From positions 33,941 through 97,940 of IMG/VR virus record IMGVR_UViG_3300032286_001304: a stretch of DNA of 64,000 nucleotides, one strand, 5' to 3'. A program made the position numbers and the translations under genes. Origin of the DNA: a virus. Each line of letters begins with the position of its first letter. The first letter of the stretch is position 1. Shown here in pieces: positions 55,464 to 64,000 of this stretch. The notes beneath the pieces were generated by a model, which was given only the letters and a program-made list of their open reading frames with translations, was not told the DNA's origin and ran no database searches.

Positions 55464-56840
55464 TTAAATTAATGGATAAGAGTATAAACCACTATTTTGA
55501 TAATTACTTATTTTATCTAAATCTATTCCACTTTTAGCATATCCTGATATTTCATTATTAGTTTTAGACCCAGACCAAAATCTAAATTCATCAAACTCAA
55601 GATTACCAGTTATGTTTATTTTAGAATAATCTAAATATCCTGTATAGATATTATTTATTGTATTTGTTTGTAATAAATTTCCATTTTTATAAAATTGTAT
55701 TTTTTTATTTTGAGTATATATCGTATCAAAAGAAATATGATATAATAAATTTGGATCGTTATATAAAAATGGATCTGATTGTAATTCTTTAAATTTTAAA
55801 TTATTTATTTCTCCAGATGATTTTGCACCAGACCACATTCTTATTTCATCTAAAAATTTTGCAGAATTATTCCGTCCATTAAAACTATATCCAGCTATAT
55901 CTAATCCGCTTATTGGTAATGAAGCCCCATAATTAAATGATCCAGTTAATGCTGTATAAGTAGCTACTAAAATACCATTTTTATATCCAGAGAAATAATG
56001 GTTACTTCCAACTCTATTTGATGTTATGCAAAAATGATCCCAGTCATTTCCACTTGTAGTAAATCGAAGTCTTGCATTATAATTATGATATAATGATATT
56101 ATATAATATTTTTCAAAAGAAGCAGAAAACTCTTGATGAAAAATTAATGAATTTGTATGATTGATACTTGGATAATTTAATCCTGTCATTGTTCTAGTGG
56201 CCATAAATGACATATTAAGACCAGTAGTTCCAGTCATTTTAAGCAAAAAATCTAATGTAAATGAATCTAAATTAAAACTTTTGTTAAATTGATTATCATA
56301 TGCGGATACTATTATGTTATTCATTCCAGTATAAGAAAGTTGATTATCAATAAATAAACCACTTCCGAAATATCCAGATGATGTTTTAGCTCTAGCATCA
56401 CTATATACTAATTTCGCATTACCTTGTCCAAAAAGATTAACTGGACTGATTCCAGTATTATTAAAATTAAAAGAATAAAATCCAGTAGCTCCTGTTTCTG
56501 AAAAAGAAGTAGGATATCCACGATAATTAATTAAAAATCCACCATTAGAATTACCAGTTCTTTCTATAGATAAATTACTTTGTTCATTTTTAGTAAAATC
56601 AACCTCGTAATTATTTCCAGTTCCATAAAACTCAACTAAAAAATCATCAAATCTATTATCGCTATTACTACCAAAAGATTTTTTAAAATAATCTTTTCCA
56701 CTTAAAATAAATCCACTTTGATAAAATGAAACTGGATCAATTTTTATCTTTTTATTTGCACGCCATTTTCCTGAACTAGATCCATAATCTATGAATGATA
56801 AATCATTAATAGTTTGCGATATATTATTATGCGGATACAT
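55464..56840 (-). CDS. LamG/concanavalin A-like virion protein
   Basis: W.H.CIT, Y.NG, LDEIRMWS and FDEFRFWS motifs; follows gene J. Confidence 0.7.
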   Translation of the reverse strand: MYPHNNISQTINDLSFIDYGSSSGKWRANKKIKIDPVSFYQSGFILSGKDYFKKSFGSNSDNRFDDFLVEFYGTGNNYEVDFTKNEQSNLSIERTGNSNGGFLINYRGYPTSFSETGATGFYSFNFNNTGISPVNLFGQGNAKLVYSDARAKTSSGYFGSGLFIDNQLSYTGMNNIIVSAYDNQFNKSFNLDSFTLDFLLKMTGTTGLNMSFMATRTMTGLNYPSINHTNSLIFHQEFSASFEKYYIISLYHNYNARLRFTTSGNDWDHFCITSNRVGSNHYFSGYKNGILVATYTALTGSFNYGASLPISGLDIAGYSFNGRNNSAKFLDEIRMWSGAKSSGEINNLKFKELQSDPFLYNDPNLLYHISFDTIYTQNKKIQFYKNGNLLQTNTINNIYTGYLDYSKINITGNLEFDEFRFWSGSKTNNEISGYAKSGIDLDKISNYQNSGLYSYPLI

Positions 56841-56843
56841 ATT

Positions 56844-59800
56844 TTATGTTACCTCGTAACCAAATAATCCTATACTAATTTTTTGTGATGAATTAGCTAA
56901 TGATGTTAAATTATAACCAATTTTTCTAGAAGCTGGAATATTTACAAAAGGAAGTCCTTGCGTTCTATTAGTTTGACCCGCAACTAATCCAAATTCACCA
57001 AGAGAAACAGTGCTTGAATTATCTAGCCCGCAATAATAGAAACTTCCACTTAAATTTGAACTTCCAACGGTTCTACAACTAACTGAATAACCAGTAAAAA
57101 TAAATGGTCTTGATGAAATTAACTCTCCAATCGCAACCCCTGTTTCATCTGGCATTTCATTTAAGAAAAATCCTAAATTAAAATAAGGTCTTTCTCCACT
57201 AACTAGAATTGTATTAGTTATATTACTTTGTGTTATCTTTACTCCACCAACTCCGCTAAAATTAACTCCTCCTTTTAGCATGGATGAGTTTGGAGAACTA
57301 ATTCCTGTTACTAAATAAATAGATTGTGGAACTAGAATAGGACCATAAATAGTAGATCCAGTAATTCCAAAAGTATCAACTAACGAGAACCATGTATAAA
57401 AATCATCGGAAAATGAATTTTTCAAAAATCCTTTTGTGAAATCAAAAGAACTTGTTGCATTAGTAAATGTTGGTATAAAAGAAGGACTTGAATTTAACCA
57501 TAGATAGCAACCACTTATATCTGTATCTAATTTATCTTGATTTATTTCAAATTGCAATCCACCTGGCACTTGATAAAATCCACTATTAATTGGTGGTCTT
57601 GGTGGTGGATTATTAAATACAGTATCAACTGGAGATGTTTGGCCTCCAAATATATCAGTAGAAATTACTCTTGTTTTTATTAATCTTCCAGACAAACCTA
57701 ATCCATTTAAAATATCTTGTGAAGTTCCATATAATCTTGATGTTATATTATTTATTACCTCTGTTTTTAATACGGCATTTGTAGTTGGATTAAGCAATGA
57801 AACTTTATATCCTGAAAAAAATACAGTTTTTGGTGAATAATAGCCACTTATTCCACTTTCTAATTCCCATGAAAATAAAAGATTAGTTCCAAAATATCCA
57901 GTAGTTCCATATGAACCATTTTGTCCTTCATCTAAACTTTTTACATTATATACTGCTGGTGGTCCACCAAGAGGATTATCTGTTAATGAAAATAATATTC
58001 CACCAGTAATAAATGAAGAATAAGATCCCTCATCGCTTATCGCTCCAACTCTATATTGATAATATCCACTATCTTTAAAGTCATCAAGATAACTTAGATT
58101 TGATGTTTCAGCTAAATCATAAAAATCTCCAGTTCCTACTTTTCCTGATATTATATAACCAATAACATTAGAAGAATTAGATCCACTCCATTGTAAATAC
58201 GGATTATATTGAAAACTTCCATTAGTGATTCCACTATAAATAGATACTTTTAGTCCAGAAGGCGGATTTATTGGTTGTAATATTGGTTCTTCATAAAAAA
58301 TATTTTCAGACGAATATCCTGTTGAAGAATTATATACTAAACCAGTATTAGCTTCAACGCCTAAAATCTCAATTATGCCTGGTTGAACTTCGGCTGTTGC
58401 TAAACATCTAAATAAACGAGAATATTCATTATTTTCTCCAGTCGAATTACAATTGACTATCCAAATTGCCCCATTTTGCACTCCATTACTAAAAGCAGAA
58501 GATACAGTAATTTCAAAAGATCCTGAATTATAACTTTGAATATTCTTTGTTTCTGTTTGTGAATTTCTTATTAAAGCAAATTGATCTGATCCAGTTATTC
58601 CAGTTGGAGAATCTACATTAAAAACTGGATTAATTAAACTTAACTCATAAGTCCTTTGATTATTTATTGAAATATCTCTATCTAATTTAATTAATTTATT
58701 TCCACTAGATATTGAAATTATTCTTCCTCCTTGATTTTTATTATTTACAAAATTATCATAAATATTAAAATTATCCCCAGGTCTAATATACATTCCTTCA
58801 AAGGCTGTTTGGAATGTAACTGTTTCAGTTAATAACTTTTCTGAATCTAAAATAAATTGAGAAGCCCTTATAGCCTGACCTCTAGATGTGCAAGCAAAAG
58901 ATTCAATTGCTTTTTCTATATAACCATATTTTTGAATTCCATTTACATCTTCTAATTTTATTATATCTTCTCTATATAATAAATCTGGATCACGCCATTT
59001 TACTTTTATAACAGTAGATCTTGTATTTCTTGCTGTATCAGAATACAAAAATCTTCCATCTATTACATTTGCATTTGTAAAATTATAAACTGTAGGATAT
59101 AACTTAGATGTATTTACCCATATCTTACCATTTCCCCAATACATCATTCCTTGAAAAATAGAAACTAAATCTTGCAATAAATCATAAGCTGATTTAGATC
59201 CTTGAATTACTGTATTACATGTAAATCTTGGTTCTAATCCACCTTTACCATCATCAATCATCTCATCACAATATTTTGCTATTTCATAAAGAGACCATTT
59301 ATCTATTAAGTTTTCATTAAAATAATTTCCTAAACCATATCTTTTATTAGTCAAAAGATCGTAAAAAATCCATGCTGGATTATTAGTCCATTTTTTCTCA
59401 CTTGAGAAAGTTCCATTCCAAATAGCTGGATATATAGCAGCAGTATAACTTCCATTTGTATTTATTTTTGTTGGTGTATATCCTTCTGGAACTAAAATCA
59501 TCAATCCCATAACATCATAAGCTCTTGCTGGAACTTGTGAAAAACTATCACTATTAATATTCATTGCTGCCAAAGCAGTATTTGGATATGAATATCTATT
59601 TATTCCAATAACAGCAATTGAAGATACAAATAATTCATTTGCAGTTCTTTCGCTTACAATATTTTCGCTTTCTCTTACTATTCTTATTTTATAATTTTTC
59701 CAATTTTCAGATAAAGATTTATGAAAAACAGATCTTGTTACAACATATTCAGAATTTGCAATTCCAAGTATAACTCCAACTCTTTCTTTTTCTTCATAAT

Positions 59801-60548
59801 ATGTTTTTGTCTTACTATTATATTTTGTTACAGGTCTAAGCGGAAGAATATCAAATTCTGGACCATTATCTTTAGCTGCTTTTATTGAATATTTTAATTG
59901 TATACCATTTTTATCGCCTTTATCATTAATACTAAATAAAGAAGGGACTCTAAATGTTATTTTTATTCCCTGTATATCAGGAAATTCTTTTTTTTGTATT
60001 AAAGTAACTACATCTTTTGTTCCGCCTAATCCAGCAGGCATCTTAGCAATTCTTGTATTAGATGGAAGTGGTATAAAAACTTCATTTTTTTCATATCCAC
60101 TAATAGGTAATTGATTTTCTGTTCCTAATGTATAATTAAAACTAAAAGCATCAATTCCATTTAGTGGAATTCCAGTTAAATTAAAATTATAACTTCCATC
60201 TAAATTTCTTCCTTTAACTCCATCAAAATACATTGATGTAAGTGGATCTTTTCCATAAGTTCCACTATTAACAAAAAAACCACTTATTGGACCTTCTCCA
60301 ATTAAATCAACTATTTTATAAGTTGATCTAGATAAAAGTGTTGATTTTTTTTCTTTATCATAAAGAATTGTTGCCGCACCAGCATAACCAGTTGACTCTA
60401 AATTAGCATACGTTCCTCCATTCTTGACTAATGAAATAAACTGTTGACTATTTTGATCTATTATCTCTACCCATTCATAATTAATACATTTCCATGTATA
60501 ACCTGGGCGAGCTTGTGGTGCTGTATACCACCAATTACATTCTGCCAT
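56844..60548 (-). CDS. Tail tip / host-specificity protein J (lambda gpJ-like)
   Basis: DLIGEGPI.G, GT..Q..I.G, YPNTA, WTNNPAWIFYDLLT..RYGLG, EPRFTCN, CTSRGQA.R, PGD; FN3-like C-terminus. Confidence 0.95.
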   Translation of the reverse strand: MAECNWWYTAPQARPGYTWKCINYEWVEIIDQNSQQFISLVKNGGTYANLESTGYAGAATILYDKEKKSTLLSRSTYKIVDLIGEGPISGFFVNSGTYGKDPLTSMYFDGVKGRNLDGSYNFNLTGIPLNGIDAFSFNYTLGTENQLPISGYEKNEVFIPLPSNTRIAKMPAGLGGTKDVVTLIQKKEFPDIQGIKITFRVPSLFSINDKGDKNGIQLKYSIKAAKDNGPEFDILPLRPVTKYNSKTKTYYEEKERVGVILGIANSEYVVTRSVFHKSLSENWKNYKIRIVRESENIVSERTANELFVSSIAVIGINRYSYPNTALAAMNINSDSFSQVPARAYDVMGLMILVPEGYTPTKINTNGSYTAAIYPAIWNGTFSSEKKWTNNPAWIFYDLLTNKRYGLGNYFNENLIDKWSLYEIAKYCDEMIDDGKGGLEPRFTCNTVIQGSKSAYDLLQDLVSIFQGMMYWGNGKIWVNTSKLYPTVYNFTNANVIDGRFLYSDTARNTRSTVIKVKWRDPDLLYREDIIKLEDVNGIQKYGYIEKAIESFACTSRGQAIRASQFILDSEKLLTETVTFQTAFEGMYIRPGDNFNIYDNFVNNKNQGGRIISISSGNKLIKLDRDISINNQRTYELSLINPVFNVDSPTGITGSDQFALIRNSQTETKNIQSYNSGSFEITVSSAFSNGVQNGAIWIVNCNSTGENNEYSRLFRCLATAEVQPGIIEILGVEANTGLVYNSSTGYSSENIFYEEPILQPINPPSGLKVSIYSGITNGSFQYNPYLQWSGSNSSNVIGYIISGKVGTGDFYDLAETSNLSYLDDFKDSGYYQYRVGAISDEGSYSSFITGGILFSLTDNPLGGPPAVYNVKSLDEGQNGSYGTTGYFGTNLLFSWELESGISGYYSPKTVFFSGYKVSLLNPTTNAVLKTEVINNITSRLYGTSQDILNGLGLSGRLIKTRVISTDIFGGQTSPVDTVFNNPPPRPPINSGFYQVPGGLQFEINQDKLDTDISGCYLWLNSSPSFIPTFTNATSSFDFTKGFLKNSFSDDFYTWFSLVDTFGITGSTIYGPILVPQSIYLVTGISSPNSSMLKGGVNFSGVGGVKITQSNITNTILVSGERPYFNLGFFLNEMPDETGVAIGELISSRPFIFTGYSVSCRTVGSSNLSGSFYYCGLDNSSTVSLGEFGLVAGQTNRTQGLPFVNIPASRKIGYNLTSLANSSQKISIGLFGYEVT

Positions 60549-60550
60549 AT

Positions 60551-61207
60551 TTATTTGCTATAATCATAATAAAAAGAACCATCTGAATTTTCTACTAAAA
60601 TTGGATTTTTAATAGTTGATTTGCTTGTGCTATCCGCTTGATAATTATCAAGAGATAGCGAGATGGGCATTGGAGCCACTAGCACTCTTCCATAAATTAA
60701 ACCTACTGGTGTATTTTGGGCAATTACAGAAGCGTTTCCTTGAAAAACACTGGAAGTTCTATTATCTTCTTTTTGCATTTTTGGAATTGGCGTCATTAAT
60801 TCAATAATACCTCCAACTATTAATCCAAGTCCAGTAGAAATTAATGCATATCCTATCATTGGATTACCAGTTAAAGAAAGATAAATACCAGCAACAACTA
60901 AAAGTGCTCCAACAATAATTTTTGCAACTGCACCTGACATTTTTATAACTGGAATGATATATATATCAGATTTTCCAGTTCTTCCAGTTAATTCATCGGA
61001 AGATAAAGTATTTTTTTTATTACCAACGCATACTTTGTAATATTTATTTCTACCCTCTGTATCTAAATATTCTAAAAATTTTCCAGCTGTGTTTATTGAA
61101 ATAGCTCTTATTGCTTCAGCTGGACTAGAAACATTAAGATTCCAAAGTTTTCCAAACATTTTTCCTAACTTGCCGCCAAGATGTATTGTTACAAGATTTT
61201 CATTCAT
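60551..61207 (-). CDS. Tail assembly protein I (lambda gpI-like)
   Basis: I.LGG.LG..FG, SPAEAIRA, I.I.PV..G, PV.L.YGR. Confidence 0.9.
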   Translation of the reverse strand: MNENLVTIHLGGKLGKMFGKLWNLNVSSPAEAIRAISINTAGKFLEYLDTEGRNKYYKVCVGNKKNTLSSDELTGRTGKSDIYIIPVIKMSGAVAKIIVGALLVVAGIYLSLTGNPMIGYALISTGLGLIVGGIIELMTPIPKMQKEDNRTSSVFQGNASVIAQNTPVGLIYGRVLVAPMPISLSLDNYQADSTSKSTIKNPILVENSDGSFYYDYSK

Positions 61208-61886
61208 TTAATCTAAATCCTCCTATAAAATTTTCACCTAAACTTCCTATCTCTTCTATTACAGAAAGTTTTCCAATAGGATGATGAAGAATTTTTCCAT
61301 CTCCATAATAAATTGCTAAATGTTTTGCATTACCTCTTTGTGAAAATACAAATAAATCACCAAATTTAAAATCATCAATTTTTTTAGTAAATTTATTTAT
61401 TTCTTTAATCATTATATCAAAATTACTTGTTCTGAATGATTCATCTCTTATATAGTCAGGTAATAAAAAATTTTTTTCTTTTTTATAAAAATCTCTAATT
61501 AAACCATAACAATCATTAAATCCCCATATATATCTCTTACCTTGAAAATCTCCATAATCATAAGATAAAGGAATATATGAATTTATTTTTTTATCTATTT
61601 TAGAATAAACATAAATAGGTAAACATGACTCTTCAGATATTTCTAAATCTTGTTCGCTAAAATTATAATCTGAATTTACATGAGAATGATATATAGCATA
61701 TAAGTTTCTTTTTAAGTTTTTAATATAATCATCAGCAGATACTTCAAAAAAATTTTTTTTATCTAATGCTATATTTTCGCATTTATCTATTTTTGCTTGA
61801 GATCCTTCAAAATAAATAAAACCACCAATTTCTTCATCCGAAGATTCAGCTTGACTAATAATTTCTTGATATATATTATTTGTCAT
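61200..61886 (-). CDS. Tail assembly protein K (JAB + NlpC/P60)
   Basis: EE.GG, YHSH....S..D (JAB); DCY.L.RD.Y, H..IY.G...ILHH (NlpC/P60). Confidence 0.9.
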   Translation of the reverse strand: MTNNIYQEIISQAESSDEEIGGFIYFEGSQAKIDKCENIALDKKNFFEVSADDYIKNLKRNLYAIYHSHVNSDYNFSEQDLEISEESCLPIYVYSKIDKKINSYIPLSYDYGDFQGKRYIWGFNDCYGLIRDFYKKEKNFLLPDYIRDESFRTSNFDIMIKEINKFTKKIDDFKFGDLFVFSQRGNAKHLAIYYGDGKILHHPIGKLSVIEEIGSLGENFIGGFRLNE

Positions 61887-62785
61887 ACTAAATATTCTCC
61901 TCTTGATGCTCCTGGAAATCCACCAAATCTTAATACTTGTGGGGCTGGATATCTTTTTCTACATCCAGCAAGATTTTTTGAACAAAAATCAGCTATCCAT
62001 TTATCTGGAGATTGAATTGGTCCATTTTCGATTCCTTTAATTCCATTGTTTTTAGCTACATAAAAAATTGATTCCCCAACTGTTTCCCTTATTTGACTAA
62101 TCAAATAAATATAATCTCCTATATTATAAGTATTAGATTCGCTATATTGACCTCTATTATTAAGTGTAAATCCATAACCACCAACACCCATAACTTTATT
62201 GTTTTTATCAGCAACTGGAATACCAGTATATCCACATGAAGAATCTCTATATTTAAATCCACATATATTTGCAAAAATCATTCTAGTTGGAAGTTTTACA
62301 TTATCTATTTCTAATGGAGTTGCTAATTCAAATTCTACATAATCTTTATTTTCTGTTATTTTTCTATTTATAAAAAATATATCATCAGGATAAGCTGCTT
62401 CTGGATCTGCTAATCCATATGGATTTATTCCATTATCAAAATTTATACCATCTATAAATCTAGCAAAAACTCTTTTTCTTGAAAATTTAGCACCTATTAA
62501 ATTTTGCCCATTAAGAATATAATAAGATACAAATCCGTTTATATTAGCCGCTCTGAGCTTTGGTCTTGGTAAAGAACCTTTTCCATCATATTCAAAACCT
62601 TCTAAAAATACAGGAAAAGCAATATATTCAATTCCATCAAAAGTTATATTTTTATAATTATTTGATGAACCATCATGAAAATACAAAGTTGGACCTCCCA
62701 AACTTGATGCATCTAATTTATATAATGATAATAATGCACTTGGATTAAACTTTGTTGCTTCTAGATTTGTTACTGTTTTGCTCAT
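61883..62785 (-). CDS. Minor tail protein L (lambda gpL-like)
   Basis: G..Y..FP....GFE....G.LPRP.L, VEFELA.P, C...YR...CGY.G, D.C.K.L.GC..R, FGGFPG. Confidence 0.92.
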   Translation of the reverse strand: MSKTVTNLEATKFNPSALLSLYKLDASSLGGPTLYFHDGSSNNYKNITFDGIEYIAFPVFLEGFEYDGKGSLPRPKLRAANINGFVSYYILNGQNLIGAKFSRKRVFARFIDGINFDNGINPYGLADPEAAYPDDIFFINRKITENKDYVEFELATPLEIDNVKLPTRMIFANICGFKYRDSSCGYTGIPVADKNNKVMGVGGYGFTLNNRGQYSESNTYNIGDYIYLISQIRETVGESIFYVAKNNGIKGIENGPIQSPDKWIADFCSKNLAGCRKRYPAPQVLRFGGFPGASRGEYLV

Positions 62786-63522
62786 ACGTCAAATACTTGT
62801 TGAATATCAACAGATATTGAATTTAGATTATAGGAATTAGTTGTTATTTGTGCTGAGTTAGCAATATACCTATTATCAGTATTATTTGTCAAATTATTTA
62901 TTGGAATTAATAAACTAAACCAATCAACACCTGCTTTATTTTCAATAAAAGTAGAAATAGCTCTTGTTTCTCTATCACTTCTATTATCAAAATTTAATTT
63001 CCAATTATAATTTACTGTATTCAAACCATCTCTTTGTCTTTGAGAATATCCATCACCAAATTTTGCTTCATTTTTTATTATTTTTATTTCTTGCGATGAA
63101 GAATAAGATGGTATAAACATAAAACCACTTGTCCAGCAAGGATTAATAGAACAAGTAACTACTCCTCCAGCACCACCATTTCCATATTGATTTTCGTTTA
63201 TAAATTGTATAAAAGAATTTCCACCATTTATCACCATTCCAGTGAAATCTGCTCCATTTGATAATGTTCCATTAACTCTAACTAATGAACCAGCTACAAA
63301 ATTCGGACCAGAGCCAGTTTTTGTAAAATTAACAGTAGTTTTATTATCATCTGTAACGTAAGAAGTTACATTATATGAAAATACATAATTTGGATTCTGA
63401 TTTAACGAGTCCTGCGTTGCATAAAGATAATATGCATCAGAAATAGAAGTTCCTCTGATTACATCAAATTTTTTGTAATTTACAGAACTTGAATATGGAA
63501 AAAATGTATTTTGAACTGGCAT
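62782..63522 (-). CDS. Minor tail protein M (lambda gpM-like) with N-terminal extension
   Basis: KFGDGY.QR..DGLN, W.L.F, F.....G..WF, QVF. Confidence 0.85.
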   Translation of the reverse strand: MPVQNTFFPYSSSVNYKKFDVIRGTSISDAYYLYATQDSLNQNPNYVFSYNVTSYVTDDNKTTVNFTKTGSGPNFVAGSLVRVNGTLSNGADFTGMVINGGNSFIQFINENQYGNGGAGGVVTCSINPCWTSGFMFIPSYSSSQEIKIIKNEAKFGDGYSQRQRDGLNTVNYNWKLNFDNRSDRETRAISTFIENKAGVDWFSLLIPINNLTNNTDNRYIANSAQITTNSYNLNSISVDIQQVFDV

Positions 63523-63549
63523 TCCTTAATCCTTTTCATTTAATACACT

Positions 63550-64000
63550 TTATTTTGTTCTTCTTATCTGAGAATTTATACCACCAACGCGAGATTGCTG
63601 AACCATCTCATCTTTAACTATATCCCTAACCTGACGAGATAACTTTTGTCCAAAATCTTCACCAAACGGTGAATTTTTTTGCTTGCTTTTATCTTCTTCT
63701 GTTTTTGCTGAAACTTCACCATTATTATTTATATCAATCTTAATATAAACGGATGGATTTGATGCAATCTCTTCTGGAGAACTTTTAGATTTAGATGTTG
63801 AAACTGTTGAAGGCATTTCAGAAACATCACCTCCATCTGCATATCTAGATCTAATTGAGCCAATATTCATGCTGTCGGTAACACTTCCACCCATTGCATA
63901 CATTCTTGGAACTGAAGCTATTTCATTTGTAACACTTCCACCCATTGCATACATTCTTGGAACTGAAGCTATTTCATTTGTAACACTTCCACCCATTGCA
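63550..64000 (-). CDS. Tape measure protein, C-terminal end (5' part outside window)
   Basis: YAMGG/YADGG motifs and Q.R.GG terminus; directly upstream of gene M. Confidence 0.75.
   Translation of the reverse strand, partial: AMGGSVTNEIASVPRMYAMGGSVTNEIASVPRMYAMGGSVTDSMNIGSIRSRYADGGDVSEMPSTVSTSKSKSSPEEIASNPSVYIKIDINNNGEVSAKTEEDKSKQKNSPFGEDFGQKLSRQVRDIVKDEMVQQSRVGGINSQIRRTK
63878..64000. repeat. Perfect 51-bp tandem repeat (at least 2.4 copies) in TMP
   Basis: Units start at 63878, 63929, 63980; encode MGGSVTNEIASVPRMYA. Confidence 0.95.

Noticed and set aside
523-62748. Many short opposite-strand ORFs in the track (for example 523..738, 3734..3937, 9677..9994, 48661..49044, 60616..60807)
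   Set aside because: Fully nested antisense to well-supported genes, low complexity, no motifs
1-64000. Alternative genetic code
   Set aside because: Conserved proteins translate full length in the standard code with high coding density; the split genes change frame rather than reading through an in-frame stop
1-64000. Bacterial chromosome LPS locus
   Set aside because: Sugar genes are interleaved with phage-type replication genes, small hypotheticals and a lambda-like tail module; no housekeeping or membrane export genes

Overview
This is a densely coding, AT-rich (roughly 30% GC by eye) segment of a large tailed dsDNA phage genome. It has no rRNA, tRNA, CRISPR array or integrase. Bases 1-44.6 kb read on the minus strand and carry nucleotide metabolism (NrdA/B, dUTPase, ThyX, deoxyribonucleotidase, GMP reductase-like), a DNA polymerase III split into three genes (PHP, DEDDh exonuclease, DnaE core), primase, DnaB, RecA, nucleases, two free-standing GIY-YIG endonucleases, nucleotide-sugar enzymes (HldD, both halves of HldE, Gmd, ColD-like) and ten glycosyltransferases. 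Bases 44.6-53.9 kb read on the plus strand: a ~700 nt highly structured non-coding region, a phage sigma factor, SSB, a Rad52-like annealase and three more glycosyltransferases. Bases 53.9-64 kb (minus) hold a lambda-like tail-tip module (TMP end, M, L, K, I, J) followed by LamG and LRR proteins. Three candidates for undescribed biology stand out. (1) An array of six tandem, 17-nt-overlapping mini-genes built from about 70 copies of a 12-bp unit (xxQV tetrapeptide) lies directly downstream of a DUF6745-like gene that seems to lack the repeat segment I recall in its homologs. (2) A large structured plus-strand ncRNA candidate sits at the strand switch. (3) There may be a virion glycosylation system: 13 glycosyltransferases and heptose/deoxysugar pathways, alongside tail proteins strongly enriched in [S/T]-G dipeptides. 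All family assignments come from motif recognition by eye; no database searches were run.
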